Shown piece after piece: positions 15,801 through 29,644 of a DNA stretch of 64,000 nucleotides; positions within the stretch are counted from its first letter, which is position 1, and every line of letters begins with the position of its first letter. Source of the stretch: Octopus vulgaris (taxonomy: Eukaryota); NCBI GenBank assembly GCA_951406725.2, contig OX597829.1, forward strand, positions 8,556,001 to 8,620,000. Direction: 5' to 3'. Both the position numbers and the translations under genes were made by a program. The notes below the pieces were generated by a model. That model had not been told where the DNA came from. It worked only from the letters and a program-made list of their open reading frames with translations, and did not search any database.

Positions 15801-16340
15801 TCTCTCATCAAGTAAACTACCACTGCTCCTTTCCTGTGCTATGAGATTACTCTTATTAGTAAGAACAGTATTTTCATTGTTATCTCTGCTGCTATTTCCC
15901 ATGCCCATCTTTTGATAGCTTCGAACTCTACTTCTGTGAACCAACATGTTTTCCTTACTACTCTAGCTTGATCACATAGCATCTTTTCCGTGAGTTGAAA
16001 CAGTCTCTTTTCTCTCCAATGATCATACATACGTTGTCGGTAACCCCTAATTTGAACAGCATATTCATCTACCGGGTTGCTCAGTTAGTAACACTCTATG
16101 ATCACAGCATTAATTTGCTTGCTCCATCTACACTGCGTGTGGTGGTCCCTTTCTGAATATCGACAGGCTGAAGCCAAATCAGAACCTCTGAGCTGACCGA
16201 GTGTAGCACTGTCACCATCATTGGCTTCAGTTTCGTTACCACCGTTATTCACAATATTTTGTTTTTCATTGTCACTCATATGAGGTAGCGATTATCAGGT
16301 TGCGTAATTACCAGTGTTTTTATTGTGACACCATCAATAC
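12820..16340 (-). mobile_element. Near full-length decayed R4/Dong-like LINE, family C
   Basis: N-terminal RWSKQINAVIIECY..GYRQRMYDHW..LCDQARVVR; GYWIK; [17 protein letters not shown]; [14 protein letters not shown]; NHLLFMDDLK (~14305-14330); YKYLGI; RLE KPDIVL..IIDIAHPAD..KE..K..RY..IVGAL. Confidence 0.92.
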
Positions 16341-16611
16341 CTGTAATATTAATCAGCCCATGAGGAGGCTCCACCCATTTCCTTTCATTATTATTATTAT
16401 CATCACTGATAACACGGATATTATTGTTTTTAATGTATCGTTGCAGCAACAGTAACAGTAGGAGGGCTGGGGATAGTGGTAAGGGTGGTAGTTAGGCCCC
16501 CAGACTCCTATGCTATCATAATAGTAGTAGTAGTGGTATGATTGTAGTATTATTGTAGTAGTGGTAGTAGTATTTAGTATCAGCAGCTGTAGCATATTAT
16601 TATTATTATTA

Positions 16612-16699
<88 letters not shown>

Positions 16700-16708
16700 C
16701 ACCATCAT

Positions 16709-17138
16709 TGAGTGAGAGAGCAGTGCATGCCATCAAAGTGACACTGGGGTAAAATATACGAAGCCCAATATACCCATCATGACTACCTGTCTGATAAAGG
16801 TACACCAGGCACATGCATCACAACCATATGTGCGCGACATGGTGATCTCATATCAAGATAAACAGCACATGACCTTGCAGGTGGGGCCCAGTTAGAATTT
16901 TCTTCAGGTTGAGTAGCCCATCCCGCTCAAAAGGTCCCTGAATAAGGGTTGTTTAAGGATGTTGAAAGAACCACCCATGTTTCCAGAGGTGAATTATTCA
17001 AACCCCAAAGAATCCCTCTCAACACATGGCTATGATGCTCCCCCACTACTTCTGCTCGTGATCAGAGAGGCACATATCGTCAGCCACTAAGGGACATGCT
17101 CAACTGGTTAAGGTCAAACAACTGACAAGCAAATCTGT
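16709..17138 (-). mobile_element. Unclassified (TAA)n-associated element, copy 3 (truncated at one end)
   Basis: Matches copies 2 and 4 up to aagcaaatctgt. (TTA)n on both sides. Confidence 0.88.
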
Positions 17139-17139
17139 A

Positions 17140-17182
<43 letters not shown>

Positions 17183-17239
17183 GTTACTTTTATTATTATT
17201 ATTATTATCAATATTATTATCAATATTATTATTCCATAT

Positions 17240-17304
17240 AATATATATATGTGTGTATGCATGGATATATATATATATATGTAATATTTATATGTATATA
17301 TATG

Positions 17305-17358
<54 letters not shown>

Positions 17359-17413
17359 TATATACATATATATACATATATATATATACATATATATATA
17401 AATATATACATAC

Positions 17414-17444
<31 letters not shown>

Positions 17445-17453
17445 TATACATAC

Positions 17454-17486
<33 letters not shown>

Positions 17487-17517
17487 TACATACATATATA
17501 TATATGTATATATATAT

Positions 17518-17577
<60 letters not shown>

Positions 17578-17590
17578 ATATATACACATA
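17240..17590. repeat. (TA)n/(TACA)n microsatellite
   Basis: Directly visible. Confidence 0.95.
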
Positions 17591-17670
17591 AACATTATGT
17601 ATTTATAAATATATAACAATTTATCAAGTGCATATGCAAGCAATATGTATTAATTTTATACTATAAAATA

Positions 17671-17805
17671 TGTGGGAAAATGGTGAAAACGTATGGCCTA
17701 TTATCAGCTAATGTACGCCACTAGCCCAGAAAGAATGTAAGAGATGCCACGACAATATAGCCAAGCTGGACCATTGGACACTTTTCAACAAGTATGGACG
17801 TGACA
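17671..17805 (+). repeat. 135-bp inverted copy of 13308-13442 (family C LINE CCHC region)
   Basis: Reverse complement of 13308-13442 with 3 mismatches counted by eye. Confidence 0.9.
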
Positions 17806-18433
17806 AATAGTTTACCATGGAAATGTGGGTTTTGATAATTGAAAATGTATGGTATACCTTTGCAATATACTCTTTTAGCCTCAAAGTAAAAATTAATTAT
17901 GTCAGTACGCATGTCATATCTTTCCATAAGAAGAAATATGTTCTATCTGTAGCTCACTTCAGGTAAAGAATATCCATCTTTTATTTAGAGAATAAAAGTA
18001 TCTCATACCTAAATTATAGTATTCGTAAATTGAGACTCGGCTAAACATTTATATTTGCAGCATTTGAATGGGCTAACGACATGCATTGATTAATTCACAG
18101 TACACATCACAGCGGTTTTTTAAGAGAATCTTAAACGTAATTTTAGTTGTGTGACTGATTTCACGTTTCCTGAACATCTATAGATGAAACGTGAGTTATA
18201 ATTACTTCATTTACGTAGTATGATATTTTATGCGTAAAAAAAGAAATAATGGATAAATCTCTGATGTGAATACCTTGCTATTCACAACGAGGTCAAAGTA
18301 TTATGCAAACATAAATCATATACCTTACATTCTGAATTATTATTCAAAACATTTGTCTACAGCCTTAGGAAATAGCTAATACGGAAAAAATTATATATGT
18401 GCATTTATCTATCCATATATATATATATATATA

Positions 18434-19105
18434 TAGTGCATTCCTACAGAGGCAAAACTGTAGTTAAAATTCTTGGAGAGAAAGCATTATATTGTCAATA
18501 AAAAAGGGTAAAATTAATTAATTATTAATTAATTCGACCGAGCAGTGTTCGGTGTGTAAAGAATTTTAACTACAGTTTTGCCTCTGTAGGAATGCACTAC
18601 TCTGTGACTCACGTGGGTGGACAGGGAGAATACTAGATCTCATTTGTATTTTTGGATTCGCTAGTATTGGTGGTCTGGCATGGTTTGTCCGGTGTTACCC
18701 ATATCGGACGGGTATCTTTGATTCTTAGTACTTTCAAATCTAAATCAGAAGAAATCTCTGAGCTGATGAAGGAAATGTTGGCGTTTAGTCAACTAATCCA
18801 GAAACAGGCTTGTCCCCGGGTATATCATATGGATGTGATCTTTCGTTGTTTTTCCCTTATACCTATGTGAGTTATTTCTGAGTATGCATTGTCTGGGAGA
18901 CTTTTCTTGCAGTAGAAGAAATAGCCAAATTTTTGGCTGCTATTTCTAAAAAGCTCGGTGTGTGGTAAAGTAAATTATTTTACTTTACCCTATTTTTATA
19001 AAGTAATATTTCAAATATACCGTAAATGGTCGTTTTACACACCGAACACTACTCGGTCGAATTAATTAATAATTAATTAATTTTTACCTTTTTTTATTGA
19101 CAATA
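18434..19105. repeat. Interlocked inverted repeats, probably a PLE terminal relic
   Basis: 18434-18474 is the exact reverse complement of 18559-18599. ~18489-18560 pairs with ~19033-19105. (TA)n flanks. Confidence 0.75.
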
Positions 19106-19239
19106 TATATTTATATATATATACGATCCTCCGACCATGAGTCCGGTGCCCTAATCACTGGGCCATTGCGCCTCCACACACACACACACACACACATATG
19201 TGTGTGTATATATATATATATATATACTTTTGTCCTTAA

Positions 19240-19547
19240 TTATTTGTTTCAGTCATTTTGAGTGCGGACATGTGGGAGCAACGCTTTAGCCGAACAAATC
19301 GACCCCAGGACTTCTATGGGTCTCTTTTGTCAAATGATGTGGTGGGGGAACATACACAAACATATACACATATATACATGCATACATACATATATATAGG
19401 GCTTCTTTCAGTTTCCGTCTACCTAATCGACTCACAAGGTTTTGGTCGGCTCGAGGCTATAGAAGACACTTGCCCAAGGTGCCACGCAGTGGGAATGAAC
19501 CTGGAAACATGTGGTTGTAAGCAAGCTACTTACCACACAGCTACTCC

Positions 19548-19552
<5 letters not shown>
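19240..19552 (-). mobile_element. tRNA-type SINE (family 3) with internal microsatellite
   Basis: Minus strand: gcacaggagtagctgtgtggtaagtagcttgctt...ggttcattcccactgcgtggcaccttgggcaagtgtcttct...aatgactgaaaca. Homologous to 54963-55410. Confidence 0.75.
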
Positions 19553-19588
<36 letters not shown>

Positions 19589-19635
19589 GTATGTATGTAT
19601 GTATGTATGTATGTATGTATATGTATGTATGTATG

Positions 19636-19682
<47 letters not shown>

Positions 19683-20899
19683 ATGTATGTATGTATGTGT
19701 ATGTATGTATATATATATCTGCACAAGAGAAAGAACGGGTGTAGAATAGAAAATTATAAAACGTTGTTGATTGATAGACAGATAGATAGATAGATATGTA
19801 TTGTGTCGTTTGGTTGTGACGATGCAGATGAGGTAATAGTTGCAGCTTGGCCGGTCGTTGTGGAAAGAAATGTATTTTGTTTTATATCCTAATTTCTGCC
19901 TTGGTATTATGTAAAGCCTCATATGGCAAAAGCTAATATAGATAGATTGACTAATTCAAAATGGATGAAGTCATGCAGAAAAAAAAAAAGATCTTGTACC
20001 AAATGTCAAAGCAATTGAGCGATATATTTCAATGAATGATGACATGACAGTTTATAATATAATATTTTAATTCTAGTTCGCTAGTTAAATACGTTCATGT
20101 AATTTGAACAGAATACAAATTATATATCACGAAACATATAAATACTTTATGGAGATATGATCTGTGATCAAACTTTGTATATTTGTTAGTGCGTATGTGA
20201 GAAAATATATTAGTAAGAATGTGTGACAACGTATATTATGCATGTATAAACACAGACACACAGCTCTCTCTCTCTCTCTCTGTATATATATATATATATA
20301 TATGTTTGTATTATATTACGTATGTATGTACACACACACGCAAAGAGATACACACACGCACATATGTATGTATTTATGTTTTGCATCTATGTATATATGT
20401 ACATATGTAAATGAATAATAGCAGATGAACACTGTATCAATTAGCTGTTTCCAAGGAATCTTTTAATAATTCTGCCTGTCATTACGTTGCCTAGCCCATC
20501 GGTAACGCTTTCACGTGGTTAGAGGAAAAGAAGGAAAAAAGAGGGAGAGAGAAAAGAATGTAATATTTATTACGCAGTTAAAAAGTTAAATGATGGTAGT
20601 GATATAGAGGAGAGTTAGGTATATAATTTTAGCAGAGGGGTAATGTTCTGATGGTGAGATTAAAGAAAGGTAGAGAGAAAGAGAGGGGGAGACAGGGAGA
20701 GAGAGACAGACAGACAAACAGACTGCGACAAAGAACAGAGATGATGGTGTGGTTGTTGTTGTTGGTGGTGGTGGTGATGGTGGAGGTGGTGGTAGTGGTG
20801 GTGATGGTGGTGTTGCTAGTGGTGAGTGTGATGGTGGAGGTGGCGATGGTGATTTCATTGTAACAAGTAATATTTTAAAAATTGAACTAAGTTTTTTGT

Positions 20900-21150
20900 A
20901 TCCCCTATCGCCTATAGCATGCACATCCAAAACTTGCCATTCGGTTTAGAAAGAAATCAGTTTCCCGTTCTCCTGGCATATGCAATGACTATTAATAAAT
21001 TACAAGAGCATATATTTAATAAAGTGGGGCTGTTATTGCCTGAACCTGTATTCGGCCATGGTCAGCTAAATGTTGCATTTACGAGGGCACACAAATTATC
21101 TGATATGACATTTAAAGTTGTCAACACTAACAAACAAGGGAAAAGAAGGT
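20900..21150 (+). mobile_element. Helitron-type PIF1-like helicase C-terminal fragment (pseudogene)
   Basis: RNQFPVLLAYAMTINKLQEH..KVGLLLPEPVFGHGQLNVAFTR matches the QFP..LA.AMTINKSQG...PVF.HGQLYVA.SR motifs V/VI. Confidence 0.85.
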
Positions 21151-21599
21151 GTACGCAAATTGAAATGTGTATTGGCTCTGACTCATCACCTTGGCTTATA
21201 AGTTACCAACAACGTGGGTTCAAGAGATTGGCGTCTTGCATTAAATTTTTACCCCGTGGAATTGTGATTCCTATATTTTACATATAAGATAATTTATTTT
21301 ACTATAAAATTTCTGTTTCCTTGATATGAAATTGTGACCATGTAAATTTTAAAATGTAATTTTTTCTATATTATATTATATTATATTATATTATATTATT
21401 ATATTATATTATACTATGGTTTGATTCATATATCTATTTAAACAATATAGGTGTGTGTGAGGTGTTTATAAATGAGATCCAGATATTACAAAATTTTTGT
21501 AACAATATCCAAGCAGTATATCGTTAACCGCCAACAATTGTGACTATAAATATAGCTGATATATATTCCAACTCAAGATGATAAAGCGATACCTTTAAC

Positions 21600-21845
21600 A
21601 CTCTGGACAAGAAAATTATAAACATGAAATATCTTTGAGACCTAGGCAGTGTGTTATATATCCCAAGGCCCCAATAATTGCAGGTATAAATCTGAACTTG
21701 TTATCTGGATAGAATAATTGCAAATTTCTCAATTGTTCAGCATAGGTGTACTCTGTTTCACTGATCTTCAGCTTTATGTTAACATCCGCTGGGTAGCTGT
21801 ACACACTTTCTCTTCTTTATCTATTGGAATATCATTCCTGAAGAT
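21600..21845 (-). mobile_element. RLE endonuclease fragment of another non-LTR family
   Basis: YPADVNIKLKISETEYTYAEQLRNLQLFYPDNKFRFIPAIIGALG fits the RLE C-terminal pattern. Confidence 0.7.
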
Positions 21846-22373
21846 CAGTTTCAATGCAATATCAGTCAAAAAATCTGCACGTCACGTGGAGGATTCAATC
21901 GCGCTTGAAGACGCGTAATAAACATGCAAAAAAATGGAGCGAGCGGCGAAATGAGACACTGCTGCAGTATATGGGATCTGCTCTTCAAATGACTTTTAGG
22001 GCTCAAAAGTCATTTTTAGGGTCCAAAAGTCTCATGCTAGGAAAGAGCAACTGTAGGTACAAGAAGAGACCGAGTTCTGCAAGGAGCAGACAGCCACCAT
22101 ATATGTATGAATGTATGTATGTATGTATGTATGTATGTATGTATGTATGTATGTATGTATGTATGTATGTATGTATGTATGTATGTATGTATGTATGTAT
22201 GTATGTATGTATGTATGTATGTGTGTATGTATGTATATACACACACACATATATAAAGAGAATAAGACCACTATTTAACATAACGATCATATCAAGTGGC
22301 CGGCATGGAAAAAACCGTATATATAATAAATATTGTAGATATATAATACTATAAATATAATTATGATTGACAC

Positions 22374-22542
22374 TACCGAAGAGGCACCACCATGCCAGAA
22401 ATAGCAGTCAAAACTGATTCTAAAACCCCTTCATGCATTCATGTAGCACAGTGCTAAATGAAAACCTGAATACATGAATACCTGATGTTGCTTTAGAATA
22501 AGTTTTGACTGCTCTTTCTGGCATGGTGGTGCCTCTTCGGTA
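22374..22542. repeat. Inverted repeat (~42-bp arms) with hammerhead-like boxes
   Basis: taccgaagaggcaccaccatgccagaaatagcagtcaaaact versus its reverse complement at 22501-22542 (1 mismatch). Confidence 0.85.
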
Positions 22543-23811
22543 CCCTCAATTATAATTATTTCTGTGTGTGTGCGTGTGTGTATACAGTTCGACGTTGATT
22601 GTTCTGTTTAGAAAGCATCTCTGGCAGCTCGCATGTGGGCTACATGGCCGCCACACGATCCATAGAAACGTTGACATCTGCTGCAAGTGAAGTTTATTTG
22701 TTGTCAGAAGTGACACTTTACATGTCTTCTTTAGTATTGGCTCTGTTGTTTCTCGGCTCAAGAATGGATTTGGTAGACGGATACGGAGAGAAGCTCGTCT
22801 AATATGTGTATGTATGTATGTATGTATGTATGTATGTATGTATGTATGTATGTATATGAGCGGCGTGCCTCTGTGTGCATGTCTGTGAGTATCTGTGAGT
22901 TAGTGTGTGTATGAGTTTGCCTGTATGGAAAATTCATTAACATTAAAATACCAACTATCAATAAAATATGGCACATCTGAAATAAACCACAGACATAACA
23001 AGGAACTAAGCATTAAGCGATTTTTAAACTTAGCAATGACGAAATATAATTTAAATATCATCCCCATGATCACTTGCAGCCTATTGCAATACGCTGCAAT
23101 TCCAAAGAGAATGAAAACAAAAATTATTTATAGTTAAACCCAAACTCGAGCTTCTGTCGAAGTACGGATGGCAAATTAATTTATTTGTTCATCTATACAG
23201 AAACTCGATTTGGAGTTAGCTATAAATAATTTTTATTTTCATTCTCTTTGGAATTACTCTTTTTGTGTGGTTTGGGTTTGGCTGCCTTTTCTAGCATGTA
23301 AGACTCCTGCCAAGGGTCACTTCTTTGAGTATAAATACTTATACACTCATATATATGTGGATATATATATATATATATATATATACGTACATGCATGCAT
23401 GCATACATACATACATACATACATATATACATACATACACATACACATACACATACACATACGCACATGCATATGCGCATACACACATACACACGTATAT
23501 TTGAACGCAGGTGTGTGTGTGTGTTTGTGTTTGATTATGTGCAATAGTTAGATACAAACACACTTTTATTTTGGCACAAAAACAAAACTAAACAACTTGT
23601 AGATAAACGAAAAGATCAAGAAAATCGTAGCGTTCCGGGTGAGTGAACAGAGATGAAATGACTTGACGCATTCCACATTAGAGATTTCTTAAATATGAGG
23701 TCATAAAACTGAAGTAAGGAAGCCGTATCGAACAGCTTCCTTTTATATACGTTTTATTAACAATAGAATATATAAATCAGATAGAAAGAGTGAGCAAGCA
23801 AGCAAGCAAGC

Positions 23812-23848
<37 letters not shown>

Positions 23849-23994
23849 GGGAGAAAAAAAGAAAGAGATACGTAGACATTGTTGGACTATGTGTTCAGGT
23901 TTGCTAATGAGAAATTGATATAGAGAGTTTCATAAAGTGAAAGCTAAAATGACAGTGAAAATATAAAACCGATCCAAATATGTATGTTTAAGTA

Positions 23995-24035
<41 letters not shown>

Positions 24036-24173
24036 CGAAAAGAAAATATAAAATACACGTGGAAATGTAAGGGTAAAATATGAAAGATCTTATATATATA
24101 TATGTATATATATATGATTTTTCATATTTTACCCCTATATATATATATATAAATATATATATATGTAGGCAGT

Positions 24174-24205
<32 letters not shown>

Positions 24206-26440
24206 GATAGATATTTATGCAAGTAGGTATTCGTACTTGTAAGAATACTCGTTGGTACTGCTCTGAAATTGGTGAGTGTCGCTGATCACATTAATGATGT
24301 GGTAGGTGTGATCAATGACGTTTGCAGAACTCAGTTTATTAACAAGGAATTGATAGAAAAGGGATACTTGTTATTATCAGGACTCCTCAGCTGCTAAGTA
24401 TCATCAAACACAATACGACAAACATCTTACGGACTATTGTTAAGGATGTCAATTGCGACAATATACAAGGCTTACAATTTCTGTAGTAGTGTATACGTGT
24501 GGTTCCAAGTTTGGTTCCAAGTTCGAATTCACTGCACGTCAGTTTGGGCGAATGTCATCTACTTTAGACTTAGCGGTACCATCATCTCACACTAATACAC
24601 ATATACATATAATGCATACTTACAAGCACACATACATATGAGTATACGTGCAGGCTTTGTACTGAGATTAATATAAGAAAATAAGAGGCAATAAGGAATT
24701 GCCAAGAGAGTAAATAGTTAACGCCCAGATTATAGGTCACCAAGAATGGACAGAAATGTAGTCTATGGCAGGAGGTGGGAGAGAAGGAATAGGTTGGTAA
24801 AACAAACAGGTAAGTAAGGCCAAACTTTATGTACTATCTTATACATGTTATAAAATAGTACATATGATATATCATGACTTCTCTGATCGCTACATCGCAA
24901 CTGAAATCAAGGTTTCAATATTTTTCACCTCTTTCAATAAGTACACATTTTTAATTACCGACTTTTCTTCAGCGAATTCTACCAACAGCTGAGCCGAATA
25001 ACTAGTGAATGCACCGCCTAAATTATGCCAACTTATTCATAAATCACGTTGTACACAAATACATATTTAGTTCGCTGAACTAAATAACCGATAATTTGAT
25101 GACAACGTGTGCTCACATCACTCACCAAAGGGAGCTCATATTTTGCTTGTTACTCTAATTATCGACCGCTTCAACACATCTAATATATGTTTTCGGTCAC
25201 ATAGCTTATCTTTAAAAATGTATTTAAAAAATATACGCTACATTTTAATCAGATATTTCATCCGTTTGGACACACTGAACCTGGTACATCTATGTGCTCT
25301 CGATTTCAAAACCTTTCTCTTCAACGCCTCTAAGAGTTTTTACTTTCGGTAAATTTGACCTAACACTTTGACTCTACCAACTCTAGCGAAATGAAATACA
25401 TTATTTGAAAGTTTATTGATAAAAGAATCTGCTGTACCTCTAGTAAATGCTGGATTTTCGTTACACTACTCAAGGATTCCTGCAAGGCAGTCATTTCTTG
25501 GAACATTTGCCATTCTGCTCTGTTCTCCAACACTTCGGTTCTTATGAGGCCTTCAAACACAAAATGAATGCCTTATCGTTAGCTCCTCTGTTCACCCGAA
25601 GTCAATACACGCATCAGATTGCTGTGATTCGGCCTTCAACGACTTTGCTTTTAACATCTTCGACACATACAATTTTGTTGTATTTCGAGTTATTTTCTTA
25701 CACTCTATATATTATATGTATGTCTGTGGATAACTTCTTGTATATGTGCAGCGTGGTTAAACACGTTATGCACATACACCACGGAAGTGGTTGTACATGC
25801 TATGTAAGAAATATGTGTAGTAAATATAGTTCGATTTTACTTGTTTACTAGTCAAACAACGTCAGTTCCTTTTCTCACCTCTTTTAGATTATTTTACACT
25901 TGTATCCACCCCTGCAGACTAAAATTCTAAACAGTAGATGCGTTTTCTCACAAATCTGCTCACTCCTTACTGTATCAATTTTCCTTACATCCTCAACTGC
26001 TAAGAGATCTCATTTCAATTCTCCGCATGTTCCAACTAACGTTTTATTTCCCCCTCATTCCTCCTCTCACATAGGTTGACTGTGTATTTATGTTACTGCG
26101 TGTACATGATTTTCTTTTTTTTTCCGCCGCTTCCTTCTTTGTATTCTTAGAACTATTTCCCACCCGGCTTGGCCTCACGTCATCCTACTCCAATTCATCT
26201 CACGTTATTCTTCGTACAAAGATTTTCCGCTCTTACCACTCTCCCCCTTTTCTCTCAATCTTTAATTCTGTCCCCATCGTTCAACTCACATACTAGTCTC
26301 TCCACTTCTCAGTCATTTGTCACGCCTTCTTATTACATCAAAACTCACAAGACTCCTTTCCGCTTTTTTCACTTCTCCACTTTTCATACATAATTATAAA
26401 ATAACGACTAAGGTGACAACATATCTAAGATCAACCCCCA

Positions 26441-26488
<48 letters not shown>

Positions 26489-26616
26489 AAAAAAGATAAG
26501 TGTTTCACTTATTGCATTATTTGTATTCTAGCGACGAATCATGTCACTAAGATCTATGCACATTGCTTTTGACTAATTGTTGCTGATGCAATCTACGCCA
26601 ATTTACCATGTTTCTG

Positions 26617-26682
<66 letters not shown>

Positions 26683-26793
26683 AGAGGATGGGAAGCCAAC
26701 CAAAGGATAGAACCTATTCAATGCACTGCTGATAGTGTGCCCGATTATTATTACACCCCTTTCTTTGTACACGGATTTACCGTTAGATGTATG

Positions 26794-26839
<46 letters not shown>

Positions 26840-27975
26840 TATTCATATACATATACATGTTAACATTTTTATTCAAACTACTTCTCTCCTTAAATTAAAC
26901 ACTCAGTTAAACAATTAAATAATTTAATGCTATAACACAGTGGCATCCATTTAATACTTTATATCCATTATTGTATATTCTTTTAGGTTTTAGCAATAAA
27001 TAACTAATAAATAAATAATAATAATAAATAATAAATAAATAACTATAAGTCAGAAAAAAAAGCAATCGATCTGGTCCCTTTCATTTGTTGTCCCTTGGCA
27101 GAAAATCCTCCCTTTTACGACAAAAATATATCCTCTGTCCTTCTCCTATGTTATGTTTAACAATATAGCTGATTCCCCTGATATATATATATATTAAGCT
27201 TTTATTTTTTATTTTATACGTTTGCAATAAGATCATATCCCTTAGTTATCGTAATCGCTCGCACACTTATTAATTCATTTATTTACTTGTCTAAATTTAA
27301 TTTAATTTAATCTAGTTTGAATGTTATTTTGCTCTCCTACTTGCCCATAGTGGCCACAGTTTTTATCCATTTATTTGCTAATAAATTAATTCATGTGATT
27401 TGTTTTTGTGTTATCTGTTAGCCATCAACAAACCAGAACCGCGTCATAGATTTCAAAAAATAGCTGACCAATTAGGTTACAGGACTGACCATAACCACTG
27501 TACACAAGGATTCAGGGACTTGGGGACTTGTTCGAAAAAATAACGAACACGAATACTGCACTTTGGTCACCATTAGTACCAACTCACATCCTACTTATAA
27601 ACTTCAACCCTTGAAACACGGACCATACTTTCAAACCATACTTTCAAACCCACCACTGTAAACACAAATATAACGTGTATTTATATGTAGACAAAATAAA
27701 ACCACTCCCTAAATTTACCCTTCCTAAAACACTCATCCTTAGAATGAATATACCTACCTATCCACCACTGAACAAAACAACATGAATTTTCAAATGCAAC
27801 ACTTGAAGTCTATGACTTATTTCTCTTTCATTTACCTAATCCATTTTACTAAATTTTACTCTTCTCACGCTCTAAGTCTTGCTCCTATTCTTATTATGCC
27901 CTCTTCAAAAAGAACTCTATACTGTACCTATTCGTAACTGACCCTTGTATGTATCGGGTCAGTTAAATATTTAGA

Positions 27976-28099
27976 CCCTCTGATGAAGCCTAGAGGCACA
28001 CTCAACAACTAAACTTTATCTCCCCATCCCTACAGAACACTGAAGAGATGGAGATAGCATGGAAGATATCGTTGCCTCTTGGCTGAAACGGCCGTAAGG
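27976..28099 (+). ncRNA. Type-I hammerhead-like ribozyme with a long (~95-nt) stem II
   Basis: cct CTGATGA agcc-t-agaggca ... tgcctct-t-ggct GAAA cggccg TA agg. Palindromic ACGGCCGT stem III, GUA site. Confidence 0.65.
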
Positions 28100-28217
28100 A
28101 ACATATCTTTTAATCTTTTATTCTTTTATGTATTACTAGTATATATTTGTGTAGCACACAGTATTTGCATGTGTATGTAGTCTTATAATACTCCTTTTTG
28201 TTTTGGAGTGAATAGAC

Positions 28218-28289
<72 letters not shown>

Positions 28290-28330
28290 TATACATATAT
28301 ATATATATTATCTCTCTCTCTCTCTCTCTC

Positions 28331-28384
<54 letters not shown>

Positions 28385-29119
28385 AACACATTAAGAGGTT
28401 TCCATCACAGGAATCATTTACGCTAGAAAGAACAGCTAAAGTCTTTACCACTAATTAAGGATAAATTCTCGAAAGGAATGAAAAATAAGAATATTTACCA
28501 CCTCTTTCCGGGATCATGGTTTCTAACTTATTTTAGTAAATAAAATTATTTACCAGGCGAAGTCTTCATTAATAGGGACGCCAAAGATTAAATATATAAA
28601 CAACAAGGCTAATCCAGCATGTGCCTCATTGCTTATACATTTTAATGTTCTTCAAATCCACTGCGCAAGCGCAGTCTTTTTTGTCGGCAGCAAAGCGATG
28701 CCGGAAAAAATTCTTCGAACGGATCTCTAATTAGTGGTTTGGACTTTGCTGGCATCTTTTTACTGCCGACAAAAATTATACCCTTATACAGCACAGCTAA
28801 TTGGCGCTCTAATAGTGCCTTAGGAATATAAAAGCAAGAAAGAGAGAATAAATTTCAAAGGTCAGCGTTCATATTGACTCAATATATTTCAAAGCATCGG
28901 AATATTCCACAGCAAATACAGGTGCGTTCATATACACAAGATATAATATAAAAATTTATAAATATATAAATACATAAATATACATGTTAGGTTGTATGTT
29001 CATATTAAAATCAATGAAGAAGTTAAAATATCTACATGGAGAATGTATAGCGGTAGCCCAAACAGGTAAAAAAAGTTGCTATAAAATTATTTTAAAAGGA
29101 ATCTTGAGTAGGTGCAAAG

Positions 29120-29208
29120 TTTTACGACCGTTTCGAGAAGTTATAGTTTGGTATGGGCGAGTTAATTCCAAACATAACAATCATCTATATTTTTCTCATC
29201 AGAGTAAA
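29120..29208 (-). ncRNA. Hammerhead-like motif in the 3' region of the adjacent PLE
   Basis: Minus strand: CTGATGA gaaaaatatag...ctataacttctc GAAA cggtcg TA. Stem II imperfect. Confidence 0.5.
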
Positions 29209-29469
29209 TCTAAGGGATTTACAAAAGAGTTATTTATATTTTAAAGTGTTAAGAAACATGAAAAATTTAAGAATTTTTTAAAATTCGAATGCTGTGTAGG
29301 AACATAGAGTTCAGGCGAATGATATATTAAGAGATAGAATTTCATGTTCAAATAAATTATGAAACAATAGATGATAGTGTTTTAAGATGAATCCAAATAC
29401 ACAAAGGGTAACTAGACTAAAATTATATAAATTAATTATCTTTGGAAAAATTTAATCGTTGATAAATAT

Positions 29470-29593
29470 TTGTCTACAAAGAAAAATAACATCCGAGGTC
29501 TGGTTACGTAATTTTTTTAAACCAAGGAGTATATAGATCGCTTCTTTTGTGCATAATTTACAGTTTCTTGTGTGTGTGTGTGTGTGTGCGTGT

Positions 29594-29644
<51 letters not shown>

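Noticed and set aside
20919-21287. Host PIF1 helicase gene
   Set aside because: Isolated fragment with degenerate motifs (KLQE for KSQG, QLNV for QLYV) and no other exons. A Helitron relic is more likely.
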